In this document: positions 38,305 through 47,990 of the stretch, piece by piece
Layout: the number at the start of each line of letters is the position of its first letter
Numbering within the stretch: position 1 is the stretch's first letter
IMG/VR virus record: IMGVR_UViG_3300009790_000004
Coordinates: 1-64,000 of that record
Reading direction: 5' to 3' (one strand)
Source of the DNA: a virus
Length of the DNA stretch: 64,000 nucleotides
Program-made: the position numbers and the translations under genes
Notes under the pieces: model-generated
The model's input: only the letters and a program-made list of their open reading frames with translations
Told to the model about the DNA's origin: nothing
Databases searched by the model: none

Positions 38305-39782
38305 TGGCAGGACCAACTAAGTTAGTAGATGCTAAGGAGGCTCTTCAGGTAATTGATTTTGGTTTGCTTTCTATTAGGCAAACTACTCAAGGTATTCGCA
38401 AAGCTTTAGGTAAAGAAGTTCGCAGAGATCAACAAGCAACTCAGAAGAAGCAAGGATTTTTAAGAAGATTATTTGATAATGCTAGGAAGAAAGATGCAGA
38501 GAAATTAGTTGAAGCACAAAAACCAAAGAGTTTTTTAAGTACAGCTTCTGCAAATATTATGAGTGCTGGTAGTAGTTTCTTTGAGAGAATATTAAAAGCT
38601 GCTGGAATATTTTTAGTTGGATATTTGGCTGCTAAACTACCTATAATTATTAAAAAAATTCAGGAAGTTGTTGATTGGGTAAAGAGTGTTGCTGGATTTA
38701 TAAAGCCATTTGTAGATGGTGTGGTGGGTATAAGTCGTACTATTGCAAGCACAGTTGGTGAATGGATAACTGGAATAAAGAAAGATAATGATTGGACTAA
38801 GGATGGAGATGCTGTTCAAGCTAAGATGAAGGAATTGAATGAATCAGTTGAAACTTTAAATAAAGATTGGCTTACATTACAGGACAAAATTAAGCTGGAT
38901 ATAGAGAATGCAGAAAAGGATGGTCGTGAGTCTGTAGAGGGATTGCCTCAAGAGACTCAAGATACAGTTGAAGCAACAGATAATCGATCTTCACAAATAA
39001 TAGATTTACAGGAAAAAAGGGATTCTGGAGAGTTAAGTGATGAACAGTATCTAATTGAAGTGAATAAGATATATGAGCAAAGAGTAGATAATGATACAGA
39101 GGAAATGAGTAATTTTAGTACAAATAAAGAGCAACCTATTGTTGGATCTGGTTTGAGTACACAAGAGAAAATTGCTGCTCTTGAAGTACAATTAAAGGAT
39201 ATGCCAATTGGTAGTCAGCCTTGGCTAACAGGTGAGAGAAGGGGCATAGTAAATCAAATTAAGGAATTGAAGGCAGAGCAGGAGTTAAAACTCACAAAGA
39301 ATAATAATACTGGTAGCAGTACTAATGAGAAGGTTGTTGTTAAAGAGGAGAAGAAAAAAGAATACAGACCGATGACAAAAGAGGATTGGGTGGCATATAG
39401 AAATGATAGAGCGAGGAGATATAATAATAGTAACAATCCAAAGGTTAAAGTAACATTTATAAACATGATTAATAAGGCTAATCGTGAATTAGGTCTACCT
39501 CATATCACCATTCCTTCAAATAAATCTAAAGAATTTCTAGCTCATAAGGTTCCATATATTACTAATGATTTGAAAGTAAATGGAGTATTAAAATCTGATG
39601 CTAATTTAAAATCGGTTACAGGAAAAACTATTGAAATTCCCATTGATACTAGTGAAGTCGCAATAAATAAGGGTAGTAAAACTACTATAGTGAATAATGG
39701 TTCTGATGGTAATGGTGGAACTATTATAATATCTCAGAATCCAATATCACAATTATCTAAGTTTAATAGACACTTTACCTGA
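38304..39782 (+). CDS. Baseplate hub/tape-measure-like protein
   Basis: Helical, with a FFERILKAAGIFLVGYL segment; in the baseplate operon. Confidence 0.55.
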   Translation: MAGPTKLVDAKEALQVIDFGLLSIRQTTQGIRKALGKEVRRDQQATQKKQGFLRRLFDNARKKDAEKLVEAQKPKSFLSTASANIMSAGSSFFERILKAAGIFLVGYLAAKLPIIIKKIQEVVDWVKSVAGFIKPFVDGVVGISRTIASTVGEWITGIKKDNDWTKDGDAVQAKMKELNESVETLNKDWLTLQDKIKLDIENAEKDGRESVEGLPQETQDTVEATDNRSSQIIDLQEKRDSGELSDEQYLIEVNKIYEQRVDNDTEEMSNFSTNKEQPIVGSGLSTQEKIAALEVQLKDMPIGSQPWLTGERRGIVNQIKELKAEQELKLTKNNNTGSSTNEKVVVKEEKKKEYRPMTKEDWVAYRNDRARRYNNSNNPKVKVTFINMINKANRELGLPHITIPSNKSKEFLAHKVPYITNDLKVNGVLKSDANLKSVTGKTIEIPIDTSEVAINKGSKTTIVNNGSDGNGGTIIISQNPISQLSKFNRHFT

Positions 39783-41086
39783 TGGCAATTGCACCAACTG
39801 CTGCTTCTACCTTTGAAGTTTTTGATATAACCTCAGCTGATGGTAGCCAAACCGTTAGTTTAATTGGTGGTATCACTAAATTACAATATTTTGAGACTTT
39901 AATGTCTCCAATGTGTACTGCTATAGTGGATGTGGTTAATACTGGTAATACTATTGATGGTCAAGGATTATATAATGGTTTACCTGTCCGTGGTGGAGAA
40001 AGAGTATACTATAAAGTAAAAACTCCTCTCGAAGCAGAGGGAGAAAAAGAAGAACATCTTGAGAGTGTTTTGTATGTCAATAGAATAACAAATGTTATAT
40101 CAAATAAAGGAGTAGAAACTTTCACTCTTCATCTTGTTGCTAGAGAGGGAATTAGTAATGAGCAAAGTAGAGTAACTCGTAAATTTTATGGAAAGACTAT
40201 AGATCAGAGCGTTACTGAGATTGTTAAATTAGTAGAACCATTAAAACAAACTGAATTTGAAAAGTGTGAAAATATCTATAATTTTATAGGTAATTTGAGG
40301 AAACCATTTACTATTCTATTGTGGTTAGCATCTAAAGCAATTCCTGTAGGAGCAACTAGTAAGAGTGCTGGATTTTTCTTTTGGCAAACTAGAAAAGGAT
40401 TTCATTTTAAATCAGTTGAGCATATGATTAAAGAAGCAGTAGATGGTAAGGATAAATTGCAAAGATATTTTTATTCTCAATCATTAGATCCTTCGTTGGA
40501 GGATGCATTCCAGAATGCTGTAAAGATTCTAACTTATTCAGTTAGAGCAGATACAGATGTTCTTGCTGATTTGAATAAAGGAGTTCATTCTACTTATAGA
40601 ATATTTTTTAATCCAGTTAGTTTTGAGTTTACTCAACCACAAAATTCTGTATTTAAAGAGAAACCAGCATCTCAATTAGGGGTTCCTGAAGAGGAGAGAC
40701 CATTGGTTGCTGATCCTGAAAATATTCCAGGAAATATGATGGCATCAAGGATCATTAGTCAGGTATATGATGTAGGGACATTAGATGTGGGTGTATCAAC
40801 ATCAATTAATTACGATCCTGTTGATAGTGCTTCTCAGGCTATAACAAGATATGGTATGTTGTTTAACACACAATTGAGTTTAACCATACCTACTAATACT
40901 GAATTGGTCGCTGGTGATGCTATAATGTTATACTTCCCTAAGACAACTGATGCCGAACCTGAGATAGATGATAGGATAAGTGGGATATATATTATTAAGG
41001 ATCTCACTCACATATTCCTACCTAATACCTCATACACAGCTGCGGTAGTTGTAAGGGATTCACATGGTCTTAATCCACAATCATAA
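39782..41086 (+). CDS. Baseplate hub protein (gp27-like)
   Basis: YFE..MSP, FIGNLRKPF, FFFWQT..GFHFKS and SGIYII..L.H. Confidence 0.75.
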   Translation: MAIAPTAASTFEVFDITSADGSQTVSLIGGITKLQYFETLMSPMCTAIVDVVNTGNTIDGQGLYNGLPVRGGERVYYKVKTPLEAEGEKEEHLESVLYVNRITNVISNKGVETFTLHLVAREGISNEQSRVTRKFYGKTIDQSVTEIVKLVEPLKQTEFEKCENIYNFIGNLRKPFTILLWLASKAIPVGATSKSAGFFFWQTRKGFHFKSVEHMIKEAVDGKDKLQRYFYSQSLDPSLEDAFQNAVKILTYSVRADTDVLADLNKGVHSTYRIFFNPVSFEFTQPQNSVFKEKPASQLGVPEEERPLVADPENIPGNMMASRIISQVYDVGTLDVGVSTSINYDPVDSASQAITRYGMLFNTQLSLTIPTNTELVAGDAIMLYFPKTTDAEPEIDDRISGIYIIKDLTHIFLPNTSYTAAVVVRDSHGLNPQS

Positions 41087-41088
41087 CT

Positions 41089-41358
41089 ATGACAACTAAA
41101 GTACCCGATCATGATCTCAATCATGAGGTCTATATAGATCCAAAGGATCATAAAGAGCATGTTAATCATGGTATGATTGAATATACTGAAGAAGATCTTA
41201 AAATGCACAATGATGCATTTCATGATCATGATGAAAATGAAGAGAATGAAGGTGGTGCTAAGATAAATGATTGGCATACCAGACATCAAGATTCAAAACT
41301 TGAAGTCTATTGTGATAATCACCCAGATTCACTCGAATGTAGAGTTTACGACGACTAA
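41089..41358 (+). CDS. cp12: CP12 Calvin-cycle inhibitor with His-rich N-terminus
   Basis: C-terminal LEVYCDNHPDSLECRVYDD. Confidence 0.9.
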   Translation: MTTKVPDHDLNHEVYIDPKDHKEHVNHGMIEYTEEDLKMHNDAFHDHDENEENEGGAKINDWHTRHQDSKLEVYCDNHPDSLECRVYDD

Positions 41359-43487
41359 TGTTAGATGCTGCTCTGTTCGGTAAAAGTCAATTTTTAGGTA
41401 GAGACGGATTCCGTTGGTGGGTCGGTCAGATACCCCCTATTGCCGCACAAGAGGATCAGACTGCAAAAGGAGAGGGAATAGGAAATAGATATAAAGTTCG
41501 TATTATGGGATATCATCCTTTCAATGAGGATATCCCTAACGAAGATCTTCCATATGCACAAGTTCTACTACCTGTAACTTCAGGTAGTGGTGGAGCTGGT
41601 TTTTCTCAATCAGTTAAACTACAGCAGGGTGATACTGTCTTTGGATTTTTCTTAGATGGTGATAATGCTCAAATTCCATTGATTATTGGTCATTTTGGAA
41701 GAACTTCTCAAGTAAATACTGCTGAATATCAAGCACCATTTTCACCTTTTACTGGAAAGACTGAATGGACACCTACCAATTCTAGAAATCCAGTAGATGA
41801 AACTAACGAGGATAATAAAGAATCAATGACTCCACCAGGAACAGGTGGAGAGAAAAAAGATCAGGTAGGTGTAGGACAAAAGATTATTGTTGCTGATACT
41901 TGTAAGAGTAATCCCATTTCTGAAATGGCGAATACTGTTGAGAATTTAGGACTACGAGTTAAGCAACTGTCTTTAGCTGGTGCTAATTTACAAAATGAGA
42001 TTAGAGCTGCTTCTGACTTAGTTGAGATCCAAGCGAATAAATTCGTTGGGACAATGTTCACTAAACTTTTTGATAAGTTAGAGGATCTTGGTTCTCAAGG
42101 ACTGGATAAATTATATAAAATGGTTTATCGTATAGTCTTTAAGCTTACAAAATCTCGTACTGCTGCACATAGAGCAGGAGTTGCAGCACAAACTGCTATG
42201 GTTCCCCCTACAGCATTTTTGCAGGAATCTATTGGTTGTGTCGCAGCTAAAGTTGTTGAAGGATTGAGTGGTACTATTGAAGATCTACTCAAAGGATTTA
42301 TAGATGAAGGAAGAGATTATGCTGGATGTATGGGTGCTCAGTTTGTTGGAGCATTTTTAAATACGATTACTGATAGTATTGATAACTTAATGTCAGGTCC
42401 GTTATCTTTAGTGGCAAAAATTATCGCCCCAGGATTTAATGTCTCTGACTTTTTATTAAGTGCTGCTGGTAATATTGAGGATATCGCTTCATTCCTTGAT
42501 TGTAATCAGACTAATACTGGTAAGTGTCCATCAGATAAACAATATGTTGTAGGTGGTAGTAGTGAAGAGAAAGGAGATGATCCTTTTGCATATGTTATGA
42601 ATGCAATGAATATATCTAAGGGTGCTGCTGACCTTACTAATGCTTTTGAACAGAAATGGGGTAAGTGGGATATCTTTGGTGATGGTAGTCTATTAGAAGA
42701 TACTGGTAGTGGTACTATTCCTGGTGGTTGTTATGGTGGTAAGAAATCTAATTGTACTGGACCATATATTGAAATATTTGGTGGTGGTGGATCAGGTGGT
42801 ATTGCCAAACCTATTCTTGGTTACTTTGTAGACAACACTCCTGGATTGAGAAAGTTAGTTGGTGGAGTGAAGAGAACAGCAAGTATTATAGGTGCTGAAA
42901 TAAAAGTACCTGGTCGTGGATATCGTTATCCTCCCATAGTTAATTTCAGAGACAAATGTGATATAGGATATGGTGCTGTTGGTCATGCTATTCTTAATGA
43001 AGAAGGTGGTATAAAAGAAATTGTTATGGATTCTATTGGGGAAAATTATCCTGCTATAGTAGATGATGATACAGCAACACCAATAGGAATTACAACTGTT
43101 CATATTGGTGCTGGTGGAACAGGTTATAAACCATCAGATCCTATTGTTATTCCTGGTGTTAGTCCTACTGGTAATGTCTATATTCCTGTACCTGAAACTA
43201 ATGTCACTTGGCCAGATGGAGATCCAGTAGATCCTACTACAGGAATATCTACTTTCGTTACTGGACCTGGATTTGGTAAGACTACACCAATATATCAAAC
43301 TGTTATAGATCCTGATACTGGTACTATAGTTGAGGTTAAGGTTCTAAATATATTGAGGTTTGATGAGACTCTTCCTAATATTATCGTTAAGAGTGATACA
43401 GGAACGGGTGCTATATTAAGACCTGTCTTTGGGGATGTTCCGAAGGCTACTCAGGTTGGTATTATATCCGCAATCGACTGTATCTAA
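41358..43487 (+). CDS. 5: Baseplate hub/spike protein gp5 (OB-fold N-terminus)
   Basis: GRDGFRWWVGQ, RYKVRIMGYH, LPYAQV and VFGFFLDG.NAQ.P.I.G. Confidence 0.9.
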   Translation: MLDAALFGKSQFLGRDGFRWWVGQIPPIAAQEDQTAKGEGIGNRYKVRIMGYHPFNEDIPNEDLPYAQVLLPVTSGSGGAGFSQSVKLQQGDTVFGFFLDGDNAQIPLIIGHFGRTSQVNTAEYQAPFSPFTGKTEWTPTNSRNPVDETNEDNKESMTPPGTGGEKKDQVGVGQKIIVADTCKSNPISEMANTVENLGLRVKQLSLAGANLQNEIRAASDLVEIQANKFVGTMFTKLFDKLEDLGSQGLDKLYKMVYRIVFKLTKSRTAAHRAGVAAQTAMVPPTAFLQESIGCVAAKVVEGLSGTIEDLLKGFIDEGRDYAGCMGAQFVGAFLNTITDSIDNLMSGPLSLVAKIIAPGFNVSDFLLSAAGNIEDIASFLDCNQTNTGKCPSDKQYVVGGSSEEKGDDPFAYVMNAMNISKGAADLTNAFEQKWGKWDIFGDGSLLEDTGSGTIPGGCYGGKKSNCTGPYIEIFGGGGSGGIAKPILGYFVDNTPGLRKLVGGVKRTASIIGAEIKVPGRGYRYPPIVNFRDKCDIGYGAVGHAILNEEGGIKEIVMDSIGENYPAIVDDDTATPIGITTVHIGAGGTGYKPSDPIVIPGVSPTGNVYIPVPETNVTWPDGDPVDPTTGISTFVTGPGFGKTTPIYQTVIDPDTGTIVEVKVLNILRFDETLPNIIVKSDTGTGAILRPVFGDVPKATQVGIISAIDCI

Positions 43488-44491
43488 TGACTGCAAAACA
43501 AAAGAACTATAATAGAAGAGTCATTGACTGTAGAGGTCCACATTTCAGGATTGATAGTGGACATCCTCAGGTAGGACAGTGTGGTGCTGAAGTAGTTAAA
43601 CTCTATGCTACCAATGATAATGAGGATGTATTCTTACTTTCTCATAGTCAAGGTGGGTTATCTAGAATTTCTGCTGATAAAACATTAGAGGTTCGTGTTG
43701 GTGATAGGAATACACCAGGAAAGAATGATCTTAGGATTACTGCTGCTAATGGAAACATCACAGTTAATGCTGATAATGGTTCTATAAATGTAAAAGCGAA
43801 AAATGTCATGGTCAAAGCAGATCAGGATCTTGATCTTAATGCTGGAAGGAATGTTAATATTACTGGTGGATCTGGTAGAATTATGTTGAAGGCAAATACT
43901 GTTGCTGCATCAGGAAAGAGGGGTAATTTAATTCATAAAACTTTTGGACTTAAAATGTTTGCGAGTTCTTATGTTCCTAATAATATTCTTCAGGCAGCAT
44001 TTGGTGCTGATGCTTCAATCAATACATTAACTAAAGGTGCATCTGCATTTTCATCTATGGCTAGTGGTGGATTTGGTGGTTTTATTGCCGACTCTGTATT
44101 ATCTGAGACTGGTCTTGGTGGAGCATTAGGTGGACAACTTTCTGGTGAATTAGGAGGACTATTCTCTCAAGCAACTGATTCAATAGGTGGACTTGAAGGA
44201 AAACTAGGTGGATTAACGGATAAACTAGGTGGATTGGCAGATAAGTTACCATCAAACTTAGATGGTTTGGGTTTATCAAAAGGACAGTTGAGTAACATTA
44301 CTAACAAGTTGGGTAATTTTGATACTAGTAAGTTTAGTGGTGTTCTTGAAGGTGGTTTGGGTGATATAAGTAGTTCGTTGACTTCTGGGTTGGGTGGAAT
44401 TGAAGGAAAACTCGGTGATGTAGTTAGTAAGATAGATACTGATAAGATAACAAATAAGTTAGGTGATCTAACAGATAAACTAGGAGGTTAA
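43487..44491 (+). CDS. gp5 C-terminal-like beta-helix protein with amphipathic LGGL repeats
   Basis: ITAANGNITVNADNGSINVKAKNV beta-helix repeats; C-terminal LGGL..K repeats. Confidence 0.65.
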   Translation: MTAKQKNYNRRVIDCRGPHFRIDSGHPQVGQCGAEVVKLYATNDNEDVFLLSHSQGGLSRISADKTLEVRVGDRNTPGKNDLRITAANGNITVNADNGSINVKAKNVMVKADQDLDLNAGRNVNITGGSGRIMLKANTVAASGKRGNLIHKTFGLKMFASSYVPNNILQAAFGADASINTLTKGASAFSSMASGGFGGFIADSVLSETGLGGALGGQLSGELGGLFSQATDSIGGLEGKLGGLTDKLGGLADKLPSNLDGLGLSKGQLSNITNKLGNFDTSKFSGVLEGGLGDISSSLTSGLGGIEGKLGDVVSKIDTDKITNKLGDLTDKLGG

Positions 44492-44493
44492 TC

Positions 44494-44799
44494 ATGACAA
44501 TGACTAAGGCCATGAATGGCCAAGAAAAAACTGTATTTGGTGGATCAGTAGAATTCTCAGACGAGACAAATTTTATTGCTGATACTAAATTCGATGGCAA
44601 TCTTGTTGTTAATGGTAATTTGGATGTAACTGGTAGTGCTACTATAAATGGGGATATGGTTGTGACTGGGGAACTTGAGATACAGGGAGATCTTAAATTA
44701 AAAATCGGTGGTAACACATATACTGTATCTGGAACCAAATTGACAGGAAATCAAGGTAATCTTTTATCGCCATCAGATAGGGTGTTGACACTGAGCTAG
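44494..44799 (+). CDS. Hypothetical beta-helix spike-like protein
   Basis: DGNLVVNGNLDVTGSATINGDMVVTG repeats. Confidence 0.6.
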   Translation: MTMTKAMNGQEKTVFGGSVEFSDETNFIADTKFDGNLVVNGNLDVTGSATINGDMVVTGELEIQGDLKLKIGGNTYTVSGTKLTGNQGNLLSPSDRVLTLS

Positions 44800-44813
44800 T
44801 AGAGTGGTATAAT
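44785..44813 (+). promoter_or_regulatory. Consensus sigma70 promoter with extended -10
   Basis: TTGACA-N17-TATAAT, with TG at the extended position. Confidence 0.9.
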
Positions 44814-44840
44814 TTGTTTGTTGGGTTGATCGCCCAACAT

Positions 44841-45018
44841 GGGAGTGACTGAATAAACTTGCTGGCATATGGCTAGTTAAGGTGATGCAACAGGCGTGGT
44901 GGCCGCTAGGAGGAGTCTCCTAGAACTAACTTACCAGTTAGGTTGTAGACTGATCGGAAAAATCTACTCAATGTAGCAATGCCCCGATCCTGTTGGTACA
45001 CATAAATCCAACCTCCCC
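44841..45018 (+). ncRNA. manA RNA: manA RNA motif
   Basis: GGGAG...CTCCC closing stem, GTGACTGAATAAACTT.CTGGC..., AGGTGATG, GGTGG, TTACCAG and GTTGG...CCAAC; non-coding gap upstream of talC; recognised from memory of the cyanophage motif. Confidence 0.82.
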
Positions 45019-45041
45019 ACTCAAATATTTACTGTTGAATC

Positions 45042-45233
45042 ATGAAAGAAGAATTTCTTGAAGAAGTGGTCGTTGATGTACAGTCTCGTCGAGTAGTAGT
45101 CGTCTCCAGTCTTGGAGATAGAAAGGTAGTCGATTGTGATACATTTGACGAGTTTATGGGAGTATTAAACTTTGTTAGGAGTACATTAAGTGAAGGTGAA
45201 ATAAAGTATACTAGCGTTGCTACTGCTGACTAA
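45042..45233 (+). CDS. Hypothetical protein
   Basis: 63-aa ORF directly after the manA RNA. Confidence 0.7.
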   Translation: MKEEFLEEVVVDVQSRRVVVVSSLGDRKVVDCDTFDEFMGVLNFVRSTLSEGEIKYTSVATAD

Positions 45234-45259
45234 ATACGATGGAACCAACTACATTAGGT

Positions 45260-45913
45260 ATGAAATTATTTTTGGATACTGCGGATACAAGTTTGATTCG
45301 CAAGTATCATTCCACTGGACTCATTGATGGGGTCACAACAAATCCAACTTTAATTCGTAAGAGTGGTAGAGACCCTGAAGAGGTTTACCAAGAGATTAAA
45401 GAAATTGGTATTAGAGATATAAGCATGGAAGTCGTTGGTAATGGCGAAGAAATGCTTGTAGAAGGAAGAAGACTTGCTAGAAAGTTTGGTGATGTGGCAA
45501 CTATTAAAGTTCCATGTACTAGAGGTGGATTAGCAGCATGTAAGATTTTATCTAGTGAAGTTATTAGAGTAAATGTGACATTAATTTTTAATGCTGCACA
45601 AGCATTACTTGCTTCTAAGGCAGGTGCTAAGTATGTGTCACCATTTGTAGGTAGATTGGATGACAATGAGATTAATGGTTTAGATGTTATAGAAGAGATC
45701 CACAAACTCTATGAGGTACAGAAACAATATAATACAGAAATTCTTTCTGCTTCAATTAGAGATGTTAAGAGTGTAGTTTATTCTTTCCTTAATGGTGCTA
45801 ACTTAGTTACTATGCCACCAACAATATTCGATAAGATGTATAATCATGTTCTTACGGACAAAGGATTAGACTTGTTTGATGCTGATTGGAAAGCAGTTAA
45901 GGCTAATGGATAA
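45260..45913 (+). CDS. talC: Transaldolase (TalC/FSA type)
   Basis: MKLFLDTAD, GVTTNPTL, IKVP, VNVTLIF, YVSPFVGRLDD, SASIR and H.LTDKG. Confidence 0.97.
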   Translation: MKLFLDTADTSLIRKYHSTGLIDGVTTNPTLIRKSGRDPEEVYQEIKEIGIRDISMEVVGNGEEMLVEGRRLARKFGDVATIKVPCTRGGLAACKILSSEVIRVNVTLIFNAAQALLASKAGAKYVSPFVGRLDDNEINGLDVIEEIHKLYEVQKQYNTEILSASIRDVKSVVYSFLNGANLVTMPPTIFDKMYNHVLTDKGLDLFDADWKAVKANG

Positions 45914-46088
45914 AATAAAATCTAATCCTAAAGATAATCCCGAAGATTACTTTACTATCACAGCAGATGGATTTGTTTGGCCACTTCAAAATGGATGTGT
46001 AGGACCAGATGAACCAATATATCATAAAGATGATATAGATTTGATAATGAATAGGATGTATAAAACTGATAATAATGATGGACCCTAA
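45906..46088 (+). CDS. Hypothetical protein
   Basis: ATG at 45906 overlaps the talC end. Confidence 0.5.
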   Translation: MDKIKSNPKDNPEDYFTITADGFVWPLQNGCVGPDEPIYHKDDIDLIMNRMYKTDNNDGP

Positions 46089-46581
46089 GGTCGTTGACAA
46101 TTTTCTACCCAAGGAAGACCATGAAAGAGTAGTAGATTTACTCCAGAATGTTTTTCCTTGGTTTTATAATGATCTTGTTGTTAGTCCGTTAGATCTTAAA
46201 GATCCTGACAAATATCAAATGGTGAGTCCTATATGGGCAGAGGGAAAATTTCATAATGAAGTTTGTCTTACTCCAGAAATTGCTGATATTTTTGGACCTA
46301 GGTTAAAAGTACAATCTTGGGTTAGAATTAAAGCAAATTTTTCACCAAAGAATACAAGAATTATAGAACAAGATTTGCATCGTGATGGAAGTTTTGGTGA
46401 CTATACTGCTGTCTATTATATTAATGGTTGCAATGGTTATACATACTTCAAGGATGGTTATAAGGTGAAAAGTGTTGCTAATCGTATAGTAATTTTTCCT
46501 AGAGATACTATGCATAGTGGTACTACATCTTCTGACTCTTATAGGCAAGTTATTAACTTTAATTATTACGGCTATGATTAA
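46075..46581 (+). CDS. Putative 2OG-Fe(II) oxygenase
   Basis: HRD, YYINGCNGYT, NRIVIFP...H.G and RQVINFNY; paralogous to 4205. Confidence 0.82.
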   Translation: MMDPKVVDNFLPKEDHERVVDLLQNVFPWFYNDLVVSPLDLKDPDKYQMVSPIWAEGKFHNEVCLTPEIADIFGPRLKVQSWVRIKANFSPKNTRIIEQDLHRDGSFGDYTAVYYINGCNGYTYFKDGYKVKSVANRIVIFPRDTMHSGTTSSDSYRQVINFNYYGYD

Positions 46582-47440
46582 ATTCGGTGGTGCTCAAATT
46601 CCTGTAGGAATTAATATACAATCTAACAAAAAAGAAATTTTAAAAGCAATTGACTGGGCAAAAGAAAATGAAGTTGACCATCTTTTGACACCAGAAGCTG
46701 CTTTATCAGGATGGGATCGTGAGTGGATTACCCATATAGATGAAATTAAAGATGCATTAAAAGAGATAGAAGATGCTCAAAAAGCAGCAGGAATATATTT
46801 ACACTTAGGAACCAATTTTGTAGAACCAGAAGAGAAAGGTATAATCAATAGAAATGAAATCAGACATTATGATTCTGATGGTATACTAAGAGGTGCTACA
46901 TACAAGACTCTTTGCGTTGATATGGAAACTGCTCTTGGCAGAGATCCACAAATAGATTCATTTACTATTATTGATCTTGTTAAAGATGATGAGCAACAAT
47001 GTCTTGGTGCTGGATTGATATGTAATGATATGTGGGGATATGCAGAGGCATCTACTAAACCTATTACTACACTATACAAAGAACTAGGAATACTTGATGT
47101 AATATTACATGCAACTAATGGTGGAAAAACCGATCCAAGTAATCCATCATGGTTAGTATTTGAGAAATGGCATGATGCATATTTAAGAATGGCAGCATGG
47201 AATTGTATGGTTCCTATATTTACTGTTGATGCTTGTACTGATTGGAGATGGGATGGAAATGAGGATGAAGTAGACAAATACACTACATCTAGTGAGAGTG
47301 GATGGATCAATAGCCAGGGATGGCAGACTAAGGTTCCAAGAAGGGGTCGTCAGTATTTTACATATGAATTTGAACCACCAGTTAAGACAAAACTATCTGA
47401 TGTTTATAATGACATAGGTGGTAGGTTGTATAGAAAATAA
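46574..47440 (+). CDS. Carbon-nitrogen hydrolase (nitrilase superfamily)
   Basis: Triad motifs LLTPEAALSG (Glu), YKT (Lys) and GLICND (Cys). Confidence 0.8.
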   Translation: MIKFGGAQIPVGINIQSNKKEILKAIDWAKENEVDHLLTPEAALSGWDREWITHIDEIKDALKEIEDAQKAAGIYLHLGTNFVEPEEKGIINRNEIRHYDSDGILRGATYKTLCVDMETALGRDPQIDSFTIIDLVKDDEQQCLGAGLICNDMWGYAEASTKPITTLYKELGILDVILHATNGGKTDPSNPSWLVFEKWHDAYLRMAAWNCMVPIFTVDACTDWRWDGNEDEVDKYTTSSESGWINSQGWQTKVPRRGRQYFTYEFEPPVKTKLSDVYNDIGGRLYRK

Positions 47441-47487
47441 CATAAGTAAAAATGCTAAATAGAGAGGCCAAGAAGTATCATTCTTAA

Positions 47488-47985
47488 ATGAAAAAACTTA
47501 TACCTTTCCTGATGCTTGCGAGCCTTGGTGCTATTGCTAGTCCAGCAAAGGCAGACCTAACATCTAGATTTACTTCCAGTGTCCAACTGCAAGTCAATGC
47601 TGCTGCAACACAGATGCAGAGAGTAGGTAACTCTTATAGTATCTCTGGTACTAATGTAGACACAACTGATGGTACGACAGCTAACACAGTGTCAGCTGGT
47701 TCCATAGCATCGGGTGTCTATGGTCCTGGTACTATTAGTGCTGTTCAAGACGATCCAGGTGAGGCGTTCAGCTTCTCAACTGCGTTCACTCAAGGAGATG
47801 CTCTGGTAACATCTGCTCCTTCAGTAGGTGCTGTTAGTGCATTAAGTAACCAATTGTCTACTGGGGCTGGAACCGCAGGATCCCTGGCTGGGACTGTGAC
47901 TTCGCAAGGTGCTCTGACCTTAACAGCTGGTGGGGCTGGTACTGTAGCTACGGGTCAGTTTGTATCTGAGCTTCAAATCGACTAG
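47488..47985 (+). CDS. Signal-peptide-bearing hypothetical protein
   Basis: MKKLIPFLMLASLGAIASPAKA signal; S/T/G-rich beta protein; late-like CTAAATA at 47455. Confidence 0.8.
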   Translation: MKKLIPFLMLASLGAIASPAKADLTSRFTSSVQLQVNAAATQMQRVGNSYSISGTNVDTTDGTTANTVSAGSIASGVYGPGTISAVQDDPGEAFSFSTAFTQGDALVTSAPSVGAVSALSNQLSTGAGTAGSLAGTVTSQGALTLTAGGAGTVATGQFVSELQID

Positions 47986-47990
47986 GAGCC

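Noticed and set aside
44815-45030. Possible tRNA or group I intron
   Set aside because: No cloverleaf, T-loop or interrupted gene; the manA motif explains it better.
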